This document shows positions 42,187 to 50,839 of a stretch of DNA of 64,000 bases, in pieces; the first letter of the stretch is position 1; each line of letters opens with the position of its first letter. This stretch comes from Candidatus Woesebacteria bacterium. GTDB taxonomy: Bacteria; Patescibacteriota; Microgenomatia; UBA1400; PJMF01. The stretch covers positions 553-64,552 of the forward strand of contig JAGOOB010000001.1 of NCBI GenBank assembly GCA_017992725.1, read 5' to 3'. The position numbers and the translations under genes were made by a program. The notes under the pieces are model-generated. The model was not told where the DNA came from and ran no database searches. It saw only the letters and a program-made list of their open reading frames with translations.

Positions 42187-42257
42187 AATTCATTCTCCTT
42201 TTTATAAGCTCATTCTACGATAGACTACAAGAATTTACCAGCCAGACTAAACAAAAG

Positions 42258-42914
42258 TTAAAATTTGACCTGAATACTTCTTTGCACCGTACTGGTTTTA
42301 CCTCGCTGATCGGTGGCCCTGACCGTAATCGTGGTTGGTCCTTCAATATCAAAGTACAATTCTGTGCTAAAAAAACCACCTGCCTGCAAAGCCACAGGTT
42401 GAGCATTCACTAGCACGATAGCATCCATCACTGTTTGCCCCTCAACTAGCACCTTAGCTGCTGTCGTTTGATTATTTTCTGGCTGAAAAACTTCTAAGCG
42501 TGGTGGTCGACTAAGAGCATACCATTGCCAACCGGTATAAATCAGAAAGCTGACAAAAATCACCACAATCAAGGAAAAAGTTAAACGAATTGGTGAAAAA
42601 AAATTAGATTTTTTAAATGAATCCTTCAAAAATTCACGAGGAAGTAAGCTGCCTTTGGCACTTTCCTGATAATCACGACGCAAAATTGCCAAAAGTGGAC
42701 GTGGATTCAGACCAAGTAGTTTGGCATAATTGCTAATGTAAGCTTTAGCGTAACTAGCATTAGGTAAATTAGCAAAATTATTATTTTCAATCGCCTGTAA
42801 ATATTCAATTTTAATGAAAGTTTGTTGAGCGATATCAGATAATTCTAAGCCAGCTTTTTTTCGATGTTTACTTAACAAATCACCTACTGTTTGGGTTTTC
42901 ACCGTTTGATTCAT
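42258..42914 (-). CDS. RodZ-like protein: N-terminal XRE-type HTH, one TM helix, C-terminal beta-rich domain
   Basis: HTH (TVGDLLSKHRKKAGLELSDIAQQTFIKIEYLQAIENNNF), a basic juxtamembrane region, a TM helix (LTFSLIVVIFVSFLIYTGW) and a C-terminal DUF4115-like domain. Confidence 0.6.
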   Translation of the reverse strand: MNQTVKTQTVGDLLSKHRKKAGLELSDIAQQTFIKIEYLQAIENNNFANLPNASYAKAYISNYAKLLGLNPRPLLAILRRDYQESAKGSLLPREFLKDSFKKSNFFSPIRLTFSLIVVIFVSFLIYTGWQWYALSRPPRLEVFQPENNQTTAAKVLVEGQTVMDAIVLVNAQPVALQAGGFFSTELYFDIEGPTTITVRATDQRGKTSTVQRSIQVKF

Positions 42915-42960
42915 TAGGGCAATTCTAAAAAGAATTACTAGTTAAAGCAAGCTCTAAACC

Positions 42961-43395
42961 TTATTTGTTCAACAATTTTTTGAGAGTGCTCGCAATTCTG
43001 GATCCATCAGCTTTAGAACCCAGCGCCTGGGTAAGCTTACCCATTAATGGACCAAAATCTTTAACCGCACTTTGTTCAACAAAATCTTGAATGAATTTTT
43101 CTAGCTCTTGGTCGCTCATTTGTTCTGGCAAATATGATTGTAAAATCTTCACTATACTTTCTGTTTCGTTAATTAAATCTTCACGAGCAGCCTTCTTAAA
43201 ATCTTCTAGAGCATCTAATTGCTGATTCAACATTTTCTTGATAATTTTTACCACCGCTGCATCATCGGCCACCCCATGATCTATTTCAAAATTTTTCACT
43301 TCACTGCGAATTAAACGAATCACACCAAGACGCTCAGCATCTCTAGCCCTCATAGCTGTTTTCATATCTTCCATTAATTGTTCTTGTAAGTTCAT
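42961..43395 (-). CDS. yqeY: GatB/YqeY-domain protein
   Basis: MNLQEQLMEDMKTAMRARD ... the YqeY family. The start was moved to the ATG at 43395 (AGGAG RBS); the 18 upstream codons in the track overlap tRNA-Val. Confidence 0.8.
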   Translation of the reverse strand: MNLQEQLMEDMKTAMRARDAERLGVIRLIRSEVKNFEIDHGVADDAAVVKIIKKMLNQQLDALEDFKKAAREDLINETESIVKILQSYLPEQMSDQELEKFIQDFVEQSAVKDFGPLMGKLTQALGSKADGSRIASTLKKLLNK

Positions 43396-43413
43396 ATTTC
43401 TCCTTTTTATTAG

Positions 43414-43490
43414 TGGTGGACAATACTGGACTCGAACCAGTGACCTCACGAATGTGAATCGTGCGCTCTAACCAACTGAGCTAATTGTCC
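43414..43490 (-). tRNA. tRNA-Val (anticodon CAC), CCA encoded
   Basis: The minus strand reads GGACAAT TA GCTC AGTTGGTTA GAGC G CACGA TTCACAT TCGTG AGGTC ACTGG TTCGAGT CCAGT ATTGTCC A CCA. It is 77 nt with all stems perfect. Confidence 0.85.
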
Positions 43491-43580
43491 GTCGATTAAG
43501 TCTCTATTATAAAACAAAGCCTTAGCTTTTAGAAAGGCAAGTCATCTTCTTGTCAGTCAGTCAAATTAAAATATTCGTCA

Positions 43581-44252
43581 GTGAAAAAATTTTCTATTGC
43601 TCAAATTTGCCAAGCTTTGATCTTTCCTGATTTTTGTCAACACTGTCAACAATTAGGACCAATGTTGTGTGAGTCTTGCTATCAATTGATTGATTTTTTT
43701 TGGCAAGAGGATTACAAAGAATTTTTTAGTGAAAATTTTGATCAAGTTTACTTCGATCAAGTAAAAATCATGGCTGCTTTCAAACCACCCCTTAGTTCGC
43801 TGATTAAAGCACTCAAATATCATCACCACAGTCGAGCTGCTAAATTTTTAGCCCAGATGCTCTATTTTTACGTCAACATTGATTATCACAATATCGACAT
43901 TATTAGCTTCGTACCCATGCATCCACAAAAAAGAAAAAAGAGAGGCTACAACCAGACCCAATTGATTGCTCAAGAATTATCCCTGTGGAGTCAAACACCC
44001 TGTTTAGAATTATTGGTAAAAAGCAAAAATACAAAACCTCAAGCCCAAATTACTAACAAGGATAAAAGATTGAAAAGATTGAAAGACAGCTTTGCCATTT
44101 CCACTTTCTATCAAAATGCTTTATTTAAGCAAAATATTTTACTAATTGATGATGTGATTACCACTGGAGCTACTAGCAATAATGTCAGCCAAATCCTCAA
44201 AAATAATGGAGCCAATTCCATAACAGTATTGGCTTTAGCTTCTAAATTATAA
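43581..44252 (+). CDS. comFC: ComF family protein (ComFC-like): N-terminal zinc ribbon plus phosphoribosyltransferase domain
   Basis: Cys pairs (CQHCQQ...CESC) and the PRTase PRPP-binding motif LLIDDVITTGAT. GTG start at 43581. Confidence 0.75.
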   Translation: MKKFSIAQICQALIFPDFCQHCQQLGPMLCESCYQLIDFFWQEDYKEFFSENFDQVYFDQVKIMAAFKPPLSSLIKALKYHHHSRAAKFLAQMLYFYVNIDYHNIDIISFVPMHPQKRKKRGYNQTQLIAQELSLWSQTPCLELLVKSKNTKPQAQITNKDKRLKRLKDSFAISTFYQNALFKQNILLIDDVITTGATSNNVSQILKNNGANSITVLALASKL

Positions 44253-44268
44253 GCAGTTAGTAATTTAC

Positions 44269-44297
44269 TTGAATTCCTCGAGAGAAAATGCTATAAT
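44269..44297 (+). promoter_or_regulatory. Near-consensus sigma70-type promoter driving ssrA (tmRNA)
   Basis: TTGAAT (44269-44274), a 17-nt spacer, then TATAAT (44292-44297). The mature tmRNA 5' end lies 17 nt downstream of the -10 hexamer. Confidence 0.55.
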
Positions 44298-44313
44298 CAG
44301 GCGTTCATTAACA

Positions 44314-44715
44314 GGGGATGTATTGCATTGACGTCAGTCAACTTTAATCATCGCAGATCATCTTTGGTGAAAAGATGTCAAACAGCACCAATAAATAACT
44401 GTCAAAAACAGTTTAAAAACAGTAGCTAATAAAATCGCCAGTCTTTTTGACTTCGGTTATGTAGCTGCTCCAGCTTTTGCTTAATTGCAATTGCTGGCAT
44501 CTAGTGATGGGCTCTTATCGGCGACTCACATTAGGTGACAACCCAGTCGATTGGCAGAAATAAAGAAGCAGATCGCTTTATTTCCAAGAATATGATCTGG
44601 ATGAAACAAAAAAAGTTTGTTTATTCACTTATTGTTTCAAATCAAAAATAAACTAAATCTGTAGAGATCGTTAAAGATTGATTAGCGGACGCGGGAGCAA
44701 AACCCGCCATCTCCA
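44314..44715 (+). ncRNA. ssrA: Transfer-messenger RNA (tmRNA, SsrA)
   Basis: 5' GGGGATG pairs with 3' CATCTCC-A, including a G3:U wobble (the alanine identity element). The 3' GGACGCGGG-(7-nt loop)-CCCGCC block matches the E. coli tmRNA T-arm stem exactly. An internal ORF reads ...IASLFDFGYVAAPAFA-TAA (44425/44437-44484), a plausible proteolysis tag. CCA is only partly encoded. Confidence 0.75.
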
Positions 44716-44750
44716 CAAAACACTATTTATAGCTTTTAATAAATGATTTT

Positions 44751-46133
44751 TTAAAGCTCTATATCTAAGCAATGGTGCTTTTGACAAATGTTATTTTCTA
44801 AAGATTCTTTTATTTTTAACTCATCACTTGAATAAGCTTGGTTCATAATAAAAAAAACATTTCTACTGGCTAAGCTCAATAATTCATTCTGCAAGTTTTG
44901 ATTTTGTGAACTATCTCTTTCAATTAAGTAAACGGAAGAATTATTTTTATTAATTAATAGGTAATAACTAATTAAATCAACGTCATCCATAAGTAGCACA
45001 ATGCTGTTTGATGGAATTTTTTGTTTAATTGTATTTTGAATATTTTCCCTAAATAAAAAGCCATAGTTATTAAAAGAATTAATCGCCAAGATTAATAAAG
45101 TTATCATCATAAAAAACTCATAACGCAATTTTTGATGAAATTGGGCAAAAACGAATACAACCAATAAACTAAATAACACTAATTGTCTGGCTAAAAAAAC
45201 TGGAAAAAATAAAATCGAGATAATAGTCGCCAAACCAATTGTGCCCGTAGACGAAAAAAATAAAAATTGATTAATTAACGATTTGTCTTTCTTTAAATTA
45301 GTTGTAATTATTACCAAAAATAGCGGAAAATAAAAACCAACGAAGTCATGACCAAACAATAATTTTGTTTGATATACAAACCAATTTAAATCAAAATAAG
45401 GTACACTTCCAGCAATAGCATTACCATTTTTAATGGGTAACAAATAATTTAACAAAATACAAATTTGATAAATAGAGCAAACAAAAAATAAAAACAAACT
45501 GCAAAATATATTTTTACTATGCATCTTTTCTTTTTTAAAAAACAAGAAAATAGCCAAAAAAAACAGTGAAAAAATTAACCAAATAACTCCATAACTAATA
45601 AAAAAACAGATACTTAATAAGAAGCCAATTAAAATAGTTTTATAAACTTTTGGGTAAAAAAAGTTAGAAAAAATGACATAAATTAACAAAAGCATCAAAA
45701 AAATTAATAAAGCATAAGGTCGAACTTGAAAAGACAAATTAATTAATAATGGATGTAGAGAAAATAAACTTATTGCTAAATAACTAGTCTTACGACTTTT
45801 GAAAAATAAACTAATTCTATAAACTAAGTAAATGCTTGGAAAAAACCAAATCAGACTGGTCAAACGTAACCACCAATCCGCATGCCCAATTATTAACATT
45901 AATTTTAAATAAATATAATATAGAGGTGGATGCCTAAAATCGGAAAAATTCCCATTCGAAAAAAATAATTCCCTCCAGCTTAAGTCTGTTGAATTAAAAT
46001 AGGAAATTGCTTCATCATTCCAAAAATCAGTGGTCAATCCATAATAAAAACGAATAATTAACCCAATTAAAAAACTAATTACAGCAATAATTAGCCATCT
46101 ATTTCGACTTACCGATAACCGCATTCTCCCCAT
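44751..46133 (-). CDS. GT-C fold membrane glycosyltransferase (GT39/GT83-like, PMT/ArnT family)
   Basis: 460 aa, about 11-12 TM helices, with a DE motif in the first extracytoplasmic loop (FWNDEAISY) typical of the PMT/ArnT family. Very AT-rich codon usage. Confidence 0.6.
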   Translation of the reverse strand: MGRMRLSVSRNRWLIIAVISFLIGLIIRFYYGLTTDFWNDEAISYFNSTDLSWRELFFSNGNFSDFRHPPLYYIYLKLMLIIGHADWWLRLTSLIWFFPSIYLVYRISLFFKSRKTSYLAISLFSLHPLLINLSFQVRPYALLIFLMLLLIYVIFSNFFYPKVYKTILIGFLLSICFFISYGVIWLIFSLFFLAIFLFFKKEKMHSKNIFCSLFLFFVCSIYQICILLNYLLPIKNGNAIAGSVPYFDLNWFVYQTKLLFGHDFVGFYFPLFLVIITTNLKKDKSLINQFLFFSSTGTIGLATIISILFFPVFLARQLVLFSLLVVFVFAQFHQKLRYEFFMMITLLILAINSFNNYGFLFRENIQNTIKQKIPSNSIVLLMDDVDLISYYLLINKNNSSVYLIERDSSQNQNLQNELLSLASRNVFFIMNQAYSSDELKIKESLENNICQKHHCLDIEL

Positions 46134-46213
46134 AAAACATCTAATATTTTAAAGTTAACTACTCGATCTAATTTTCAATCTTATCTAAATAAACTTAGCA
46201 GTGCCATAAAAAA

Positions 46214-48406
46214 CTAAAACGGTTCTTTACCCGCCAAATATTCTTGAAATTTGGCTGGGTAAACTTCCCTGGCTTTGCTGCCTTGAGCTGGTCCCACGAG
46301 ACCAGCTTCTTCTAGCTGGTCTAAAATTCTAGCTGCTCGAGCATAGCCAACCGACAAGTGTCTTTGAATGGCACTTGATGAGGCACTGTCGCTAGTAGCA
46401 AATAGCCGCACTGCCTCATCAAAAAGTTCATCTCGGTCAGCTTCTCCCTCAACACTGACACTTACCGAGCCACCTACCTTGCTTACTTGATATTTACTAA
46501 CAATATCTTCCTCATAATTGGGCTTTTTACCTTGTGATCTGAGAAAATCCACTAATTGATCAATTTCTTTAGAGGCGACAAAGGTACCTTGAATACGCGC
46601 CGGTTTGGCTCTGTCAGGCGAGAGGTAAAGCATATCTCCTTTACCTAATAATTTTTCTGCTCCTGGTGTATCTAAAATCACCCGACTATCAGTGACGCTT
46701 GATACATTAAAAGCAATTCTAGTTGGCATATTGGCCTTGATTAAACCAGTGATAACATCTACCGATGGTCTTTGAGTGGCTAACACTAGATGAATACCTA
46801 CTGCACGAGCCATTTGTGCAATACGAGTGACATTATCTTCAACTTCTTTAGGCGCAAAAAGCATAATGTCGGCCATTTCATCAATGACAATTACAATGTT
46901 TGGCATCGTAGCTAAACCAGCTAGCTCATTGTAGTCATGAATTGAACGGACCCCAACTTCATTTAATAATTTATAGCGTTTTTCCATTAATTCAACCGCC
47001 CATTTAAGAGCTGAAATTACCTTGTCAGGATCATGAATGACTGGTGTTAACAAATGAGGAATATCATGATATTTGCCAAGTTCAACCCGTTTTGGGTCCA
47101 CCAAAATTAATTTGACTTCTTCTGGAGTGGCCCTAAATAAAATTGAACACAAGAAAGCATTAACACAAACTGATTTACCAGAACCGGTGGCACCAGCAAT
47201 CAAGAGGTGTGGCATTTCAGAGATGTCAGCCACAACTGGCTTACCAGCTACATCAACACCTAAACTGACCGCTAATTTAGAAGGATGTTTTTTAAGTATT
47301 GGTGAAGACAACATTGTTTTCAGTGGCACAATTTCCGCACTATGATTTGGTACTTCTACTCCCACTAAATTTCGACCTGGAATAGGCGCTTCAATTCTTA
47401 CTTGTCCGGTAGGTGCGGCCAGGGCTAGGGCTAAATCAGTGGACAGGGCAGTAATTTTAGCCAAACGAGTACCCTGACTAATCTCCAAACAGTACTGAGT
47501 GACAGCAGGACCAGGATTGTATTCGACTACCTTGGCATTAATGCCGAAAGAATCTAGTGTATTTTCAATAATTTGTGCATTGGCTTTAACATCACCACGG
47601 TCAGCTTTTGCTCCTTTTTCCACAGTCAGCAAAGACAACGGCGGATAATCCCAAATCATTGGCGTTGACGAAGCATTTAATGCTTCCTCTCCGTCTAAAC
47701 TATTTGAGGGGAGTTTATTATCTATTACCTTTTTCTCAGTTAAAACCGCCGTACTACTAGTTTGATCCAGCTCAATTTCTTTCTGAAAATCACTTCCTCT
47801 TTTTAAATCCTTTTTGCCAAAAGCTAACTTGGGGATGAAAAAGTGCCGCGATTTTTTAATTTCTTGATCAGTAATATCTTTATCAAGAGTCTTAACATCT
47901 TTTTTAGCTGATTTTTTTTGATGGTTTTTACTAATTATTTTACTGATACCATTAACCAGATCAGTCAAAGAACTTTGAGAAAGAATTAAAAAACCAATAA
48001 TAGTTAGCGCTCCATAAACAATATAACTGCCAACAGCACTAATTAAGAGAGCTAAATTGTTGAAAATATTTATACCAATTTCTCCACTTCGAGACACTCC
48101 CATCGCGCCAATCATCATCACAATCACGCCAAGCAAAATGGTGGGTTTAGACCAAGCGTGCTTGCTGCGGATCATTACCAGTCCAGACGCAATAAAAACA
48201 AATGGTAAAAATAACATTGATAAGCCAAGTTTATTTGCCAAAAAATTATTCAGGGTAATTAACCATTGTCCTTGCCCAGTAAAAGAGACTAAAACCAAAC
48301 TACCAAACATAATGAGTAGAACGGCAATGATGGAATAGGTAGTGTCGGCCCGCATTTTCATGCGAATCGCTTTACGTTTTTTACGACGGGACTTTCTTTT
48401 TGCCAT
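46214..48406 (-). CDS. ftsK: DNA translocase FtsK/SpoIIIE
   Basis: N-terminal TM domain, Walker A (LLIAGATGSGKS), Walker B, and a winged-helix gamma domain (SSSAIQRHLSVGYARAARILDQLEEAG). Confidence 0.9.
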   Translation of the reverse strand: MAKRKSRRKKRKAIRMKMRADTTYSIIAVLLIMFGSLVLVSFTGQGQWLITLNNFLANKLGLSMLFLPFVFIASGLVMIRSKHAWSKPTILLGVIVMMIGAMGVSRSGEIGINIFNNLALLISAVGSYIVYGALTIIGFLILSQSSLTDLVNGISKIISKNHQKKSAKKDVKTLDKDITDQEIKKSRHFFIPKLAFGKKDLKRGSDFQKEIELDQTSSTAVLTEKKVIDNKLPSNSLDGEEALNASSTPMIWDYPPLSLLTVEKGAKADRGDVKANAQIIENTLDSFGINAKVVEYNPGPAVTQYCLEISQGTRLAKITALSTDLALALAAPTGQVRIEAPIPGRNLVGVEVPNHSAEIVPLKTMLSSPILKKHPSKLAVSLGVDVAGKPVVADISEMPHLLIAGATGSGKSVCVNAFLCSILFRATPEEVKLILVDPKRVELGKYHDIPHLLTPVIHDPDKVISALKWAVELMEKRYKLLNEVGVRSIHDYNELAGLATMPNIVIVIDEMADIMLFAPKEVEDNVTRIAQMARAVGIHLVLATQRPSVDVITGLIKANMPTRIAFNVSSVTDSRVILDTPGAEKLLGKGDMLYLSPDRAKPARIQGTFVASKEIDQLVDFLRSQGKKPNYEEDIVSKYQVSKVGGSVSVSVEGEADRDELFDEAVRLFATSDSASSSAIQRHLSVGYARAARILDQLEEAGLVGPAQGSKAREVYPAKFQEYLAGKEPF

Positions 48407-48493
48407 ATTTTGATCAGATTAACTATCCTCTATTAAAAGACAAAAGTCTGAAAACTGCAAGCAGTAAGGCTAAAAAATAAATATTTTTTACCC

Positions 48494-50158
48494 TTAAATA
48501 TCCCAGATTACCGGTAAGATTATTGGTTCGCGCCGAATTACTTTGAATAAACGACGCGCCAAACGCTTTTCCAAGCGCCGTTTAAGTTCTTCGTCTGTGA
48601 CATTCTTACCAAGATCTTGCACAATTTGCACCGTTTCTTTTTTAATATAGTTCACCACTTCGTCGGCTTCTTTCATAAAAACAAAACCTCGAGAAATAAC
48701 TTGCATTCTGCTGAAATCAATTTTTTTCTTAAAGCGTGGTAAAAGCAAAACAATAATACCTGCTTTAGATAAATTTAAACGGTCAGATAAAACAATCGGC
48801 CCCACATCACCAATACCTAAACCATCAACGGTTTGAGCTGATAAAGATATTTGCTGAAGCACTGAAACTCTTTGTTGATCAATTGCTAAAACTTCACCAC
48901 TTTTTGGTAAGAGGATTTGCCAATCTTGATAAGACAACGGTTTAGCCACTGTTTTTTTGAATAAAGCTCGATGGCGATCAGCTCCACCAATGGGCATCAC
49001 AAATTTTGGTCTAAGTAATTTCAACATTAGCTCCTGTTCAACTCGACTAGCATGACCTGAACGATGAATGCTTGGACGAATTTCTGGATAAACGACGTCT
49101 ACTTCATCAGCTGCCAACTGATCTACCGCTGAGTAATATGGAATTTCGTTACCAGGAATCACATCAGCCGAAAAAATTACTTTATCGCGATTACTAATTT
49201 GTACAATCTGGTGATCTCCATAAACTGCTCTGACCAAAGACGAACCCTCTTGACCCTGACTGCCAGCAATAATAATACAGAGTTTTTCATCCGGAATTTC
49301 TTTGATCTTTTTCTTATCAACCATTAAACCTTTAGGAATATTGAGACTTTTAGATTGAATGGCCGTTTGCACATTTTGCTCAACACTCCGACCAACAAAC
49401 ACTACCTTCCTCCCTAATTCTTGACAAGCATTCACGGTTTGCTGAATGCGGTGGAGATGGGAACTCATTAAAGTCACTAAAATTTTGCCGTTAACTCCCT
49501 TCATCTCTTCTAGTAAAGCTGGGCCTACAGTTGATTCAGAAGGTGTCCATTCATTTCTTTCTACTCGAAGACAATCCAGACAAGCCATCAATAAATCACC
49601 TTGTCGGCCAATTTGTTCAATAAATTCCATATCTGTTAAGTGACCATCAACTGGGTGCTTATCCAATTTGAAATCACTACCATGATAAATTTTGCCGACC
49701 GGAGTCTCTAACAAAATATGTTTCGAATCTGGAACAGAATGAGTAATCGCAACAAATTGAAATTTAAAATATTGGCCCAATGAAAAATTTTGTCGATCAC
49801 CCAAAACTTGGATGTTTTTATCAACTTTTTTATCTAATAAACGATCATGAGCAAACTGCGCTGTTAGGGGTGAAGCATAAATTGGAAAATCTGGCAAATT
49901 GGGTAATAAATAAGGTAAAGCGCCAATATGATCATCATGACCATGACTTAAAATCATCCCAACGATTTTGGCTCCACCTTCAATTTGGTTGAGCAGATAA
50001 GTAATGTCTGGGATTAGCGCATCAACTCCAGGCATGTAAATATCAGGGAAACCAATACCACAATCAATCAACAATATTTCTTGTTCATATTGATATAAAT
50101 AAAGGTTCTGGGTAACTCGACCCATGCCTCCTAAGGCTATAAATTTGAGTTTTGACAT
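48494..50158 (-). CDS. rnj: Ribonuclease J (metallo-beta-lactamase / beta-CASP family)
   Basis: HGHDDHIG zinc motif, a beta-CASP region, and a length (554 aa) typical of RNase J. Confidence 0.88.
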   Translation of the reverse strand: MSKLKFIALGGMGRVTQNLYLYQYEQEILLIDCGIGFPDIYMPGVDALIPDITYLLNQIEGGAKIVGMILSHGHDDHIGALPYLLPNLPDFPIYASPLTAQFAHDRLLDKKVDKNIQVLGDRQNFSLGQYFKFQFVAITHSVPDSKHILLETPVGKIYHGSDFKLDKHPVDGHLTDMEFIEQIGRQGDLLMACLDCLRVERNEWTPSESTVGPALLEEMKGVNGKILVTLMSSHLHRIQQTVNACQELGRKVVFVGRSVEQNVQTAIQSKSLNIPKGLMVDKKKIKEIPDEKLCIIIAGSQGQEGSSLVRAVYGDHQIVQISNRDKVIFSADVIPGNEIPYYSAVDQLAADEVDVVYPEIRPSIHRSGHASRVEQELMLKLLRPKFVMPIGGADRHRALFKKTVAKPLSYQDWQILLPKSGEVLAIDQQRVSVLQQISLSAQTVDGLGIGDVGPIVLSDRLNLSKAGIIVLLLPRFKKKIDFSRMQVISRGFVFMKEADEVVNYIKKETVQIVQDLGKNVTDEELKRRLEKRLARRLFKVIRREPIILPVIWDI

Positions 50159-50159
50159 A

Positions 50160-50819
50160 TTAAAATAATTCCTCTCTTAATTGATTTTTAAAAATTTGAG
50201 TTTCTTCTTGACCAGCTATCCAAGCTAAAATTTTATTAATTTTTTTAAAATCGTTAACAAATGATTCTTTAACTTGACTAGATCGCAGTGCCGCTGCCGG
50301 ATGATACATGGGCAACACAAACAAGTTTAGACCTTGCCATCTTAAACTATGTAGGCGTCCATGAATTTGTGAGATTTTCACTCCCTCCAAAAATTTTGCC
50401 AAACTAAACCGGCCTAGAGTAATTATCAATTTAGGTTTGATTAACTCGATCTCTTTATCTAAAAAAGGTTTAAATGCTAAAATTTCTTTTGGCAATGGAT
50501 CACGATTATCTGGCGGTCTAACTTTAATAATATTACTAATAAAAACTTTTTCTGCTGGAAGATTAATTTCCTCAAGAGTTTTACGTAATAATTGCCCAGA
50601 CCGACCAACAAAGGGGCGGCGCTGAATTGATTCATAATAACCGGGAGCTTCCCCAATTAACATGATCTCGGCATTTTGACTACCTTCACCATGAACAATA
50701 TCCTGAGGTTTTTTGGCTAAAGGCAATTGAGCAACATTCTCTTCCAATAACAATTGCAAACTAGATAAATCTTTAACTTGCTGTAACATTTCCTTCAATG
50801 GCAAATCAGTCTTTGACAT
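50160..50819 (-). CDS. Uracil-DNA glycosylase, family 4
   Basis: Motif A (GEAPG) and the PFVGRSGQLL block are characteristic of family-4 UDG. Confidence 0.8.
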   Translation of the reverse strand: MSKTDLPLKEMLQQVKDLSSLQLLLEENVAQLPLAKKPQDIVHGEGSQNAEIMLIGEAPGYYESIQRRPFVGRSGQLLRKTLEEINLPAEKVFISNIIKVRPPDNRDPLPKEILAFKPFLDKEIELIKPKLIITLGRFSLAKFLEGVKISQIHGRLHSLRWQGLNLFVLPMYHPAAALRSSQVKESFVNDFKKINKILAWIAGQEETQIFKNQLREELF

Positions 50820-50839
50820 AAAGCAATTTTAACACAAGA

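Noticed and set aside
43396-43449. N-terminal 18 codons of the track ORF for YqeY (MRSLVRVQYCPPLIKRRN)
   Set aside because: This stretch is the antisense reading of tRNA-Val (43414-43490). The real start is the ATG at 43395, which has an AGGAG RBS.
46228-46243. 8-nt match (ACCCGCCA) to the tmRNA 3' end at the far side of the AT-rich glycosyltransferase gene, as a possible att duplication
   Set aside because: It is too short to separate from chance. It lies inside the ftsK coding sequence, and no integrase is present.
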